This document shows, piece after piece, positions 7,306 to 15,962 of a stretch of 24,232 bases of DNA. The translations under genes and the position numbers were made by a program. Source of the DNA: a virus; IMG/VR virus record IMGVR_UViG_3300047160_036265. The stretch is one strand, 5' to 3'. Each line of letters starts with the position of its first letter. Within the stretch, counting starts at the first letter, position 1. Under the pieces are notes generated by a model, which saw nothing but the letters and a program-made list of their open reading frames with translations, was not told the DNA's origin and did no database searches.

Positions 7306-10195
7306 CTAGTATTATCGGGTTGGTTGTACTCGACGGCGCTGGCGGGAATATTGGGCTAATATCCTGCCGTGGCGTCTGTTGAGGATTCTCCAACGCTGAT
7401 ATATTAACGGCGAAGAGGGGGTTTTTGGCCCAATCGGGGGAAGTAAAAAGCTCCAGGTTGTCGTAAAGAAGGCTCAGGTCCACGCGCAGGTTGTGCTTGG
7501 TGATAAAGGTCAGATCGTTGACGTTGAATTTGAACCCGAAGTTCAACCCTTCCCCTGGCATATTGGCGTCGGCGCAGATGGTATCAGGCGGGAAGCCGGC
7601 GATCATCCGTGTCTCAAAAAACTCGCCACTGGCAGGATTCCGCCTGGTCACGAGGAAAGAAAACCGCCAGAGCGGGGAACCGATATGGAGGCCACCAAAA
7701 AAGTCGGTGCAGGCCCACTCGAACAATACCATCCACAAGTCCGGGGTGCCATCCCCGGCCACCCCTCGCAAGTGCGTGTTCGACAGATAGGATTTTGAGG
7801 TATTGCTGTAGAACAGCGTGACCGGGTTCGGCACCGTCAGGCCGTTGCGCACCAGGAAATTGGTGAGATTCACCGCCCGGCCCAAATCGTGGCTCACCTG
7901 GAGCTTGTACGGCAGGCCAAGGCAGCCACAATCGTTAGGCACGAAGGCCGTCACTGGTGGGATCAGCGGTGCCGGTGTGCCGTTGTAAACCGGCTCCATG
8001 CTCACCAGCGTTCCATGACCACCCCACATGGAAATATATTGGGCTTTCACAGCCAGGGTCGGCTGCCCAAAGGCGTTCCCCCCAAAGAATGATGGCGGGG
8101 CGATTCTAGGCGTCACCTGGGCCGTCCCAAAGGTTTCTGCGGAGGGTATACCCGTAGGATTGACGTTGTAATCCACCAACGGCGTAACCTTCGTCTTGGC
8201 TTTTTTGGTAGGGGGACCAATACTCGCCGTGCCACCCATCTTCAGATCGCTGTGCTTCGCTCCCTTTGAACCTCTTTCCGGGGTGTATTGCCGGCCAGAA
8301 CGTAACCTGGCGGAACCGCCCAGGCGGATGGTTCCGGTGGCTTTCCCCCGGTAACTGGTGGAGACGGCCTCCGTAGCCCCAGCGAAATGGATTGGCCCGC
8401 CACCCTCATATTGCTGGTGAGAGGACTTCACTTTTGAGTCACCCCCGACAAGGAGGTTGACAGGCCCCTGGCCGTCAGGGATGTACTGATAATGGGAGGA
8501 CCGGGCCTTGGCGCGACCACCAAACTTCACACCACCCTGAGCATCCTGAGCGAATGCCGTGGCGACAGCAGCGCTGGGTATTCTAAAAGCAATGGCGCTG
8601 CCGCTCAGATGGATGTTGCCAGAGCCGGTATAACTCAAGAAGGTGTCGATGACCGTCATCGCCATTCCCATGCCGATGCGGGCATTGGTTTGCAAACAAA
8701 ACTGCTTGCAATTCGCTGTCTGGCAGAAGGGCACGTCCGTTAAGGTATTGCAGTTGGTATCAATCAGGCCAGCGTCCTGTTGCTGCTGGGCGATGACAGG
8801 ATTCACCGGCACGGAGAACTTGCTCATCCTTGAGATTTGCCAGACAAAACCAGTTTGGGCGACTTTGAGGCAGGCGTCATCCGGCGTTGTGGCCGGGACA
8901 ACCTGGACGGTGAATTGGGGGCATTGCTGGTCGATGGGTCGTCCCGACTGGTTCATGATTGGCGGCATCCCGCTCGTGTCCAGCGGCGCTGTCGGGCAGC
9001 CCGCAGTCGGCGTGTCGCACAACCCCTCGATCCGAAACCAGTACAGCGGGAGATGGCCAATGTTATATTCCACGTTGAGAGACACGTCGAAGGAGGCATT
9101 GACGTTGTACAAGACGGGGAGAGTGACACCCCACTGGACGCGCACCCCTGCCGTGCCGCCCGTGTGGGTCGTTCCCGCACCCGTGTATGTATATTGCTGA
9201 ACAGCATGGGGAATGCCAAAATGCTCCCCGCTGGGAATGCCGGGAGGGGACACAATAACGCCCACGAAAAGCGTGGCTGTAGCTCCCACAGTAGAACCAG
9301 CGACCAACGAGGCAGAGGCAGCGTAGATGGCTTTTGCCTTCGCTGCCTGGGAGGATACGGCGGACAAATTCGCTGCCGCCTGGTGAGTAACCCCAGGCTG
9401 GCTAATCAACGAGGCGCTACCCTGGATGTTGCTTGCCCCAACGATAATCTTGGGCATCACCAGGAAATAAGTCCTGATGGGTTGCGGTGGGGCGATAAAG
9501 GCATAGGGATTGGTATAAAGGTGCAATATTTCAATCGGGTTGAGCGCCCGATTGTATATCATGCAGTTGTCAATTTGTCCGTTGAACGAACTGCTTCCTA
9601 TTCCATGTCCGTTGCCAACCCCACAGAAAGATAGGTAGTCATCCTCGAATGCCGTCACGCCCGGCGCTGCCGTGGTTGCTGAGCGGATGCCATCAACATA
9701 GACGGAAACCGTTTGAGCCACGGCATCATATACGCCCACCACTTGATGCCACACCCCGTCGTTGACAGATTGGGTACTGGTAGCGGTTTTGGCCCCGCCC
9801 AACCAGACCATGAAACTGACCTGCCCACCGCTTTGCAATTGAAGGCCAAGTTCCTGTGTAGTACCGTTATACATGAGGAGCCAAGGAGCCGCCCCTCCCA
9901 CACTGGTCTTCACCCACATGAAGAAGGTCTTGCTGCTGGGTGTCGTGTAAAAACCTGTTGGGATCGTGACGTAGGTGCAGGTCAAGGCCGGACCTAACTT
10001 GCCCGCAGCCCAGGTGGGGCCGGTGATTATCCCGTTGAACGATTTTTCCGAGAGGTCAGTGAGGGTTGTGCCGCCGCCCTCGTTGAAAAGCCAGCAGCCT
10101 ACCAGACCGCTGGCAAGATCGTGGCCACGGAGTATCTGTGCGCCGAGCGGGGGTTTGATTTGACCGTATTTGCGATAGGGAGGACAGGCGAGCAT
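7301..10195 (-). CDS. tail fibre / baseplate protein with N-terminal Laminin-G_3 (ConA-like lectin) domain
   Basis: The N-terminal LamG signature is present (W.FNEGGGTTLTDLS..NGIITGPTWAAGKLG.AL......VWHQVVGVYDA..QTVSVYVDG). The remaining ~700 aa are G/T/S/A-rich with a fibre-like composition. Confidence 0.75.
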   Translation of the reverse strand: MLACPPYRKYGQIKPPLGAQILRGHDLASGLVGCWLFNEGGGTTLTDLSEKSFNGIITGPTWAAGKLGPALTCTYVTIPTGFYTTPSSKTFFMWVKTSVGGAAPWLLMYNGTTQELGLQLQSGGQVSFMVWLGGAKTATSTQSVNDGVWHQVVGVYDAVAQTVSVYVDGIRSATTAAPGVTAFEDDYLSFCGVGNGHGIGSSSFNGQIDNCMIYNRALNPIEILHLYTNPYAFIAPPQPIRTYFLVMPKIIVGASNIQGSASLISQPGVTHQAAANLSAVSSQAAKAKAIYAASASLVAGSTVGATATLFVGVIVSPPGIPSGEHFGIPHAVQQYTYTGAGTTHTGGTAGVRVQWGVTLPVLYNVNASFDVSLNVEYNIGHLPLYWFRIEGLCDTPTAGCPTAPLDTSGMPPIMNQSGRPIDQQCPQFTVQVVPATTPDDACLKVAQTGFVWQISRMSKFSVPVNPVIAQQQQDAGLIDTNCNTLTDVPFCQTANCKQFCLQTNARIGMGMAMTVIDTFLSYTGSGNIHLSGSAIAFRIPSAAVATAFAQDAQGGVKFGGRAKARSSHYQYIPDGQGPVNLLVGGDSKVKSSHQQYEGGGPIHFAGATEAVSTSYRGKATGTIRLGGSARLRSGRQYTPERGSKGAKHSDLKMGGTASIGPPTKKAKTKVTPLVDYNVNPTGIPSAETFGTAQVTPRIAPPSFFGGNAFGQPTLAVKAQYISMWGGHGTLVSMEPVYNGTPAPLIPPVTAFVPNDCGCLGLPYKLQVSHDLGRAVNLTNFLVRNGLTVPNPVTLFYSNTSKSYLSNTHLRGVAGDGTPDLWMVLFEWACTDFFGGLHIGSPLWRFSFLVTRRNPASGEFFETRMIAGFPPDTICADANMPGEGLNFGFKFNVNDLTFITKHNLRVDLSLLYDNLELFTSPDWAKNPLFAVNISALENPQQTPRQDISPIFPPAPSSTTNPIILA

Positions 10196-10675
10196 TTACA
10201 CCCCCTGGGTCTGTATCCCTTGATACCAAGCGGAGCCGGTAGTCGCATCCAGGGTCGCGCCGGTCTTATTTTCCACGATGATGCCCCAATGGTCTGGCAG
10301 CATTCCACCGAACGCCAGGGCCACGCTGAATGGCCCGCCATTGTAGGTTGTTGAATTGGCAACGCAATTGATGACGCCGATGAGCCGGACGTTGGGAGGA
10401 ACGGTAAGGGAAACGCCACCGTTGACGCCGCTCACCCCATCCGAATAGGTAGTGCCACCGTCCGCCGTACCGTAGGCATAGATATTCAGGGTGCCGGTCG
10501 CACTGGTCGCTGCGCTGGCGGTTCTAACCTTGACAAACACCAGAGCATCCAGAAACAGACTGCTCGTATTGTCAAGGGCGGTGGAGCCTTGCTGGCTATT
10601 GTTCGTCAGACCAGTGATAGTACAAGTTATGCTCTGGCCGCTTGCGCCGTAGAGCATCTTATTGATGGTACTCAT
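10196..10675 (-). CDS. putative virion structural protein (159 aa)
   Basis: The composition is G/T/S-rich and beta-rich. It sits between the tail fibre and a second small structural-like ORF, with its stop adjacent to the tail-fibre ATG. Confidence 0.5.
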   Translation of the reverse strand: MSTINKMLYGASGQSITCTITGLTNNSQQGSTALDNTSSLFLDALVFVKVRTASAATSATGTLNIYAYGTADGGTTYSDGVSGVNGGVSLTVPPNVRLIGVINCVANSTTYNGGPFSVALAFGGMLPDHWGIIVENKTGATLDATTGSAWYQGIQTQGV

Positions 10676-10707
10676 GCCACCTTATTTAGTCTTCACGGCG
10701 GCAAAAG

Positions 10708-11112
10708 TTACAACTTGAATATTGCGTTAGGCCCCGTATCCCAGGTAATTATGACATTGCCACCGGCTGCTACCGTTACAGGAAGCCCTGTAGCGGTATC
10801 AATGAGGCAGATGAGCGGGCTGGTGGCAGCAACTCCGGTATCCTTGTACATCGCCAAATAAGTAATGGTGGCTGCCGGAACGCTGGTAAAGGTGAGGTTC
10901 GAGGCGTTGGCGACCCCTGCGGTGCTAGTCTTGGTGGTCAGCGCAAGGGGTGTCCCCACGACATTGCCGCCCAGGTCTGCCAAGAACTGATGGGAAGCCA
11001 GGTTCGGCGTGTAGCTGCTGCTCACCAGGGCGACCTTGACGTTATCCGTCAAGTACGCAATACCGCCTTCCAGAAAGGCTTGTCTGCCATGATCGTAAAG
11101 GGCATTTGCCAT
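10708..11112 (-). CDS. putative virion structural protein (134 aa)
   Basis: Its architecture resembles the adjacent 159-aa protein (…ITW.TG…/…GGPFSVA…), making it a possible paralogous small fibre or decoration component. Confidence 0.5.
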   Translation of the reverse strand: MANALYDHGRQAFLEGGIAYLTDNVKVALVSSSYTPNLASHQFLADLGGNVVGTPLALTTKTSTAGVANASNLTFTSVPAATITYLAMYKDTGVAATSPLICLIDTATGLPVTVAAGGNVIITWDTGPNAIFKL

Positions 11113-11127
11113 AATGTTATCTAGCCT

Positions 11128-11862
11128 TTATGCGTCCAGCTTTTCCAGAATTGCGCCGACCAAGGGGTGGCGAACAATAGAGGAAGGCCCAAACGTCACC
11201 ACGCCGACGCCCGGCACGGCCTCCAGGCGGGCCACCACGTCCATCAGCCCAATCTCCTGGGTCCGCAGGTCGCTTTGGCTGGGATCGCCGGTTACAATAA
11301 TCTTGCTGTTGGCCCCGAAGCGACTCAGGAAGAGCTTTAGCTGCATTTTGGTGGCATTCTGCGCCTCATCAAAGATGCACACGGCATTGTCAAACGTGCG
11401 ACCCCGCATGTACGCGATGGGGGCAACTTCAATACAGCGATTCAATATATCCCGCTGTGGACCTTCCCGACCGCAGAGCTTGTCGATGCAGTCATAAAGG
11501 GGCAACATATAGGGATTCACCTTTTCATCGAAGGTTCCTGGGAGGAACCCCAGGCTTTCGCCGGCTTCCACGATGGGGCGGGTCAGGATGATCTTCTTGC
11601 GGGACTTGGACAGAACCTCGTTGATGGCAAAGGCGGCTGCCAGGTGCGTCTTGCCGCAGCCCGCCGGCCCCAGCAGGAACAGAACGTCGTGTTGCTCGAA
11701 GCCGGCCCAGGCTAGTTTTTGTGATGAGTTCAAGAATTCCAGGTGAAAGGAGCGCTTGGTGGGACTGGTTGATTTGACCATGAGTTTATGTAGTACGAGC
11801 GGCGCATAAAATGCCCCTGCATCTGGTGATGCAGGGGCAATCTCCAGGGGCCGAATCGACAT
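11128..11862 (-). CDS. phoH: PhoH-like ATPase
   Basis: The Walker A motif is GPAGCGKT, and FLPG, AYMRGRT and IIVTGDPSQ(S)D are also present. The ORF track starts at a TTG at 11868, and the first ATG is at 11862. Confidence 0.9.
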   Translation of the reverse strand: MSIRPLEIAPASPDAGAFYAPLVLHKLMVKSTSPTKRSFHLEFLNSSQKLAWAGFEQHDVLFLLGPAGCGKTHLAAAFAINEVLSKSRKKIILTRPIVEAGESLGFLPGTFDEKVNPYMLPLYDCIDKLCGREGPQRDILNRCIEVAPIAYMRGRTFDNAVCIFDEAQNATKMQLKLFLSRFGANSKIIVTGDPSQSDLRTQEIGLMDVVARLEAVPGVGVVTFGPSSIVRHPLVGAILEKLDA

Positions 11863-11868
11863 CCACAA

Positions 11869-12261
11869 GACAGGAATCCGGTTCCGAAGAACTTACAGGG
11901 AGCGGAGATAGAGGTCGGTAAACTCAAGAACTGCCGAACTTGTACAAGATTTGTGAACTGCTCTGGCAAACAGTCCCTCTCAGTCAATTCTCTGGCGAGT
12001 TACCGTACCTCCGGCCTGTAATGGTGCTACCCAGAACCCAGAGTGATCCACAGTCGAAAGATTGCTGCTCTTCGAGGCTTTCCGGCATAAAGTCGTATCG
12101 TACTGTCCGTTTTTCGACTACGGTTAAACCGCTGAACTAGGTCGAAATCAGTGCCCCTCCACTACTGCGGGAGGTTACACAACACCCACTGAGGTAGGGC
12201 GTATCCACTCCTACCCTGCTAATCAGGCGTAGCAGTACGCCGCCTTGCGGCCTGTCGATCA
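11869..12261. promoter_or_regulatory. 390-bp divergent intergenic region with several stable hairpins
   Basis: This is the longest non-coding stretch in the window and separates divergent PhoH (−) and peptidase (+) genes. Hairpins include GGCGTA-GCAG-TACGCC (~12226–12241) and GGTAGG…CCTACC (~12193–12215). No tRNA-like T-loop was found. Confidence 0.3.
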
Positions 12262-12789
12262 ATGGTATTATATACGGGACAGGGAAATAATCTTGGTTCC
12301 CCGCTACATAACTTCATGAACTTCAGGCAGTTTTTCCAAGAGGCCGAAGAAGAGGACAAAAACGTGCAGGCCATGCTCAAAAAGCTACCCGCTGCCCATC
12401 GGGCGCTCCTGAACGGCTTCAAGTTCAAGTACCTCGGCGGCAATACCTTGAACGGCGACGACGAGCATATCGGCGTCATTGACAAGGACAAGATCACCGT
12501 CGCCGCCCCCTGGAACTACGGGCGGGAGTTCACCACTCTGCACGAAATTGCCCACATGATCTATGAAAAGATGTGTTCCAAACCGTGGAAAGAAGCCTGG
12601 AGCCAGGCCGTCAAAAAGCACCCCGACCGCCAGAAGCAGAACGACGAGGAATTATGGTGCATGGCTTACGCCAACCACTTCGCCAAACACAAGAACCTCA
12701 CCCACCACCACCCGGCGTGGGAAGCCTACATGAACAAATTCTGCAAGGAAACCGGCAGCGGGGAACATCATCACGAAGACGAGGACTAA
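12262..12789 (+). CDS. putative zinc metallopeptidase (HExxH) with His-rich C-terminal tail
   Basis: An HEIAH motif is present (TTLHEIAHMIYE) and the C-terminus is HHHPAWEAYMNKFCKETGSGEHHHEDED. It is one of only two plus-strand genes, and its stop overlaps the stop of the convergent GT2 gene (CTAA). The start is uncertain, with an alternative ATG at 12316. Confidence 0.55.
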   Translation: MVLYTGQGNNLGSPLHNFMNFRQFFQEAEEEDKNVQAMLKKLPAAHRALLNGFKFKYLGGNTLNGDDEHIGVIDKDKITVAAPWNYGREFTTLHEIAHMIYEKMCSKPWKEAWSQAVKKHPDRQKQNDEELWCMAYANHFAKHKNLTHHHPAWEAYMNKFCKETGSGEHHHEDED

Positions 12790-13547
12790 ATCGCCTGGGT
12801 CTGTGTCTCCCGAATCAACTTGGGGATTGCCACCATCGCCTGCTCGGTAAGTCGTTCATATTCATTGATGTCCAGGCTGAAGACCCGGTAATGATGGGCA
12901 ATGGGGTTGCGCATTATCTGCGGTTTGACGCCCTTGGCCTGGGCACGCAGAGTCATGACGAAAGCATGGCCGATTTGTGGCAGTATCTCCGGCCAGGGGC
13001 CTATATCCTTCCAACCCTGGCGCGTAATTAGCATCAACCACTCCTGAATGAAGTCAATTTTCTGGTTCTGCATGTAGTAGGACAATTGATCGACCCCAAC
13101 CATGTGGGAGCCTTGGGATTCGGAGACATTGATGAGAAGGTCGAGCCAGGCAGGATTCAGAATAACCACGTCGGGGTGCATAAACACGAAATACTTGCTG
13201 GCCTTGTCCGCCGCCGCTATACCCTTGTTGGCGGCTGCCGACCAGTAGAGGTTCTTGTCGTTCCTGATAACCTTGACTTCCCCCTCGATGTCATCGAGGA
13301 AGTCCTGGGTATCCTTGCCGGAACCGTTGTCTACCACTATGATTTCGTAGTTATTGTTGAAAGATGTGACCGCAATGCTCTGCAAGCAAATATTGAGGTA
13401 TTCGGGCCGATCCTTATGAACCACGATGATGGAAACCTGTTCGTCGCTGCCGTCGTGGAGATTAACCACGAACTCCGGTCGTTCTCCCTCTAGGGGGTTG
13501 TGGGCCAGCCTGGATGGATCATGAGGAGTTAAATCCTTTGTTGCCAT
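12786..13547 (-). CDS. family 2 glycosyltransferase (GT-A fold)
   Basis: VSIIVVHKDRPEYLNICLQSI…YEIIVVDNGSGKDT fits the GT2 N-terminal pattern including the DxD region. A strong Shine-Dalgarno (AAGGAGAG) precedes the ATG. Confidence 0.8.
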   Translation of the reverse strand: MATKDLTPHDPSRLAHNPLEGERPEFVVNLHDGSDEQVSIIVVHKDRPEYLNICLQSIAVTSFNNNYEIIVVDNGSGKDTQDFLDDIEGEVKVIRNDKNLYWSAAANKGIAAADKASKYFVFMHPDVVILNPAWLDLLINVSESQGSHMVGVDQLSYYMQNQKIDFIQEWLMLITRQGWKDIGPWPEILPQIGHAFVMTLRAQAKGVKPQIMRNPIAHHYRVFSLDINEYERLTEQAMVAIPKLIRETQTQAI

Positions 13548-13594
13548 AGCTCTCCTTTGTGAATGCTACCATAATTGAGTATCCTCCCAATAAA

Positions 13595-13819
13595 TCACTG
13601 CACGGAATTGTCTTCATCCACTTGCAGTTCATGGACGCCCCGCTCACACATACAGTCGATGTTTCCTTGCGGCATGGGTACATTTTCCCGCCAGGTTTTC
13701 GCCAAGTCCTTGACATAGAGTTCTGCCTTTCTTGCGGAGGTAAAAGCCTTCTCAAAGCGAACCGCCGTAAACCGTCCCTCTATTTCGGTGGCCACAGTCA
13801 CTACTGCGAATACTGTCAT
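13595..13819 (-). CDS. hypothetical small protein (75 aa)
   Basis: Its ATG overlaps the dUTPase stop (ATGA), and an AGGAGAA Shine-Dalgarno lies 5 nt upstream. The ORF track extends it to 13900, but that portion is probably not used. Confidence 0.45.
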   Translation of the reverse strand: MTVFAVVTVATEIEGRFTAVRFEKAFTSARKAELYVKDLAKTWRENVPMPQGNIDCMCERGVHELQVDEDNSVQ

Positions 13820-14520
13820 TGTTCTCCTGTTGATCCAAAGCCTCCCGAACCCCGCTCGGTGGGGTCCAGGTCGTCCACATCCTCCCAGACAAAGTACCAC
13901 ACCGGCTTCAACGCCATCTGGCCGATACGATCCTTGTGCTTGATTTGGATAATCTCCTTGCCCACGTTGGTAAGGATGACCGTCACCCGCCCCCGGTAAT
14001 CGTCGTCAATCGTACCAACGCCGTTGGTGACGATCAGACCCCGGCGAGCCAGACCGCTGCGTGAACGGACCTGCGCTTCGTAACCCGGAACTAGCTGCAT
14101 GGTGAAGCCGCAGTCCACAACGACCGTCATGCCGGGGTTGATCGTTAATACATAGTTGCCGGTGGCGTCCGGTTCGGTGAGATTGGCAACCAGATCGCAA
14201 CAGGCGGCTCCCCGTGACTTATATTTGGGTACGAAGTCGGGGTCGTCCGCCTTAATCTTGACGGGGATGCGCTTCATAAAGCTGAATGAGGGCTGCGGGC
14301 GGTCGTCACAGGACGGGTTCTCCCGCTGCACTGCCTTAGCCAAGGCTAGGTTCAGCGCCGCCTCCGAACTCAGCGACGGGCTGACGACCGGGGTTATTGT
14401 CCCCTTCGGTGGGCTTATTGTTCCCTTTTTAGAACTCAGCGTTTTTGGGGGCCGCTGGGAGAGGATTGTACCCTTTTTGCGTTCCTTCTTTGGGGATGTC
14501 ACGGTTTTCTCCACATTCAT
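13816..14520 (-). CDS. dut: dUTP diphosphatase (dUTPase); conserved core from 14277, with a possible K/P/S/T-rich N-terminal extension
   Basis: All five dUTPase motifs are present: RGAACCDL, RSRSGLA, GVGTIDDDYRG, RIGQM and RGSGGFGSTG. The core begins at MKRIPVKIK (ATG at 14277), and the in-frame 81 codons upstream are low-complexity. Confidence 0.85.
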   Translation of the reverse strand: MNVEKTVTSPKKERKKGTILSQRPPKTLSSKKGTISPPKGTITPVVSPSLSSEAALNLALAKAVQRENPSCDDRPQPSFSFMKRIPVKIKADDPDFVPKYKSRGAACCDLVANLTEPDATGNYVLTINPGMTVVVDCGFTMQLVPGYEAQVRSRSGLARRGLIVTNGVGTIDDDYRGRVTVILTNVGKEIIQIKHKDRIGQMALKPVWYFVWEDVDDLDPTERGSGGFGSTGEQ

Positions 14521-14833
14521 TGAGGTCTTTTTTAACAGAGTAGGCCCGCATGGATTCCCGACGCGATGCCTGAACAGCGTTCACGATATTACGCAGGTTC
14601 TTGATGAAATGCGGGTACGCCTGGTTCGGATACCTGCGGGCGATATTCTTTACCTCCTCCCGAACCCCCTCGTCCAATTCCGTCATCGTCTCGATGAGGG
14701 CCAGAACACTGGATAGCGTCGGTGGCCGCAAAACAACGGCCTTTCGTGAGGCATATTCCCGTTCCGTTAGGCCACCCGGCCTCCCCACCGGCGGTTCCGG
14801 TGGAGTTACTTTAATGCTTAGATTCTCAGGCAT
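14429..14833 (-). CDS. hypothetical protein (134 aa)
   Basis: This ATG ORF has an AAGGGAAAG Shine-Dalgarno upstream. It overlaps the dUTPase N-terminal extension by 92 nt if that extension is real. Confidence 0.4.
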   Translation of the reverse strand: MPENLSIKVTPPEPPVGRPGGLTEREYASRKAVVLRPPTLSSVLALIETMTELDEGVREEVKNIARRYPNQAYPHFIKNLRNIVNAVQASRRESMRAYSVKKDLNECGENRDIPKEGTQKGYNPLPAAPKNAEF

Positions 14834-15089
14834 AACTGGTCTTTCCCTTACTGTAGTCTATATTCTTTTGATGCTCAAGGGTTTTTTGAACAACATCAGG
14901 TATTTGCACGGTCGGCACCTTCAAACACTCCAACACCTGTTGTTCTAACGACCCCACCATGCGGGAACCTGCCGAATTATAAACCGCCCGGTTGCGCGCA
15001 TCAACGTAGGCTATCAGCGACACGTCCTCGAAATTAACGAGGACCGGGAACAACGATCTTACATTCAACAGCGTAGCTGCTTCTTCCAT
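14826..15089 (-). CDS. hypothetical protein (87 aa)
   Basis: This ATG ORF in the coding strand fills the gap between flanking genes and has no recognisable motif. Confidence 0.4.
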   Translation of the reverse strand: MEEAATLLNVRSLFPVLVNFEDVSLIAYVDARNRAVYNSAGSRMVGSLEQQVLECLKVPTVQIPDVVQKTLEHQKNIDYSKGKTSYA

Positions 15090-15119
15090 ATTTTGAATCC
15101 TATGGCTAAATAACAGAGT

Positions 15120-15488
15120 ATGGATATGAGCTTTAAGAACTTCCTGCGGATCGTGGAAGCTGGCGGTGAAACGATCCTGCCAACAAGCTGGACCGGCAGT
15201 TCCGCCCCCGATACCCTGTCCCTGTCAGGACACCCACCATCGTTGCCGGGCCTTGACCTGGCCTTGCCATCCATCACAAAGTCTGCCCAAATCGTCCATG
15301 TCATCAAGGACAAGAACCCGATCTATGTCCAGCTATCGGACGGCACCAAGCTGTTCTTCAACCTGGACGAGTTCCGCCGCATCAAAGGCTCCCCGGAAAT
15401 CGGGCGGACCATGACGGTGGTGTTTCAGAGGAACCCCGGCGACATCAGCGAATATCCCTCGCAGATTCAAAGCTGCCAGGTGAGCTAA
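15120..15488 (+). CDS. hypothetical protein (122 aa), opposite-strand island
   Basis: This ATG ORF is convergent with the phosphatase gene. Its C-terminal half (IVHVIKDKNPIYVQLSDGTKLFFNLDEFRRIKG) looks like a compact beta domain. Confidence 0.45.
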   Translation: MDMSFKNFLRIVEAGGETILPTSWTGSSAPDTLSLSGHPPSLPGLDLALPSITKSAQIVHVIKDKNPIYVQLSDGTKLFFNLDEFRRIKGSPEIGRTMTVVFQRNPGDISEYPSQIQSCQVS

Positions 15489-15509
15489 TCCCTGCATTAT
15501 ATATCAGTC

Positions 15510-15959
15510 TTAGAGATGTTTCTGCACCCACTTCAGGTAGGCTTCGTAAATAGGCATACCCAGGAGAACATCACCGTGCCGCAAGATCAAACGGTTGGGA
15601 TGATGCCAGCCCGGCACCAGGACACCGATGCCCTGGTCTACTCCCACCACGCTGGACGCTACCAGCAAAGCGGTGGCCGAACTGCGACTAACGCCAGCAT
15701 GACAGCAAATCAACAGCTTCTCACGGCCCCTGGCCCAATCCAACATCTCCTGAACGTGTTCGATAGTCGGACAGTCGGGATTTGAGGCGTCCGTGGTGTC
15801 AACAAACCTCATGTGCAGATAGTCGTGGGCGAGCGTGGGCACATAAGACGGGAGCGACCAGTTAGGGTCGGTAATGATGATGGCGTCCAACTGGTTGGGC
15901 CGCTGGGAAAGCGCTGCCTGACAGGTAGGATTGCAGTGACCGCCGATTTGTATTTCCAT
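15510..15959 (-). CDS. Cys-based protein tyrosine/dual-specificity phosphatase (CX5R)
   Basis: The P-loop is CHAGVSRS (HCxxGxxRS) with an appropriate upstream Asp-containing region, and the protein is about 150 aa. Confidence 0.8.
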   Translation of the reverse strand: MEIQIGGHCNPTCQAALSQRPNQLDAIIITDPNWSLPSYVPTLAHDYLHMRFVDTTDASNPDCPTIEHVQEMLDWARGREKLLICCHAGVSRSSATALLVASSVVGVDQGIGVLVPGWHHPNRLILRHGDVLLGMPIYEAYLKWVQKHL

Positions 15960-15962
15960 ATG

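Noticed and set aside
8837-9634. 265-aa plus-strand ORF, and other plus-strand ORFs 7491–10163
   Set aside because: They are antisense to the 964-aa tail fibre gene and Arg/Gly-rich with no motif. They are typical shadow ORFs.
7301-10195. Diversity-generating retroelement targeting the LamG/lectin-like fibre
   Set aside because: There is no reverse transcriptase ORF and no template or variable repeat pair visible in the window.
11869-12261. Possible tRNA or other RNA gene in the long intergenic region
   Set aside because: I looked for a T-arm (GGTTCGAATCC-like) or cloverleaf on both strands and found none. Only simple hairpins are present. It is kept as a regulatory region, not an RNA gene.
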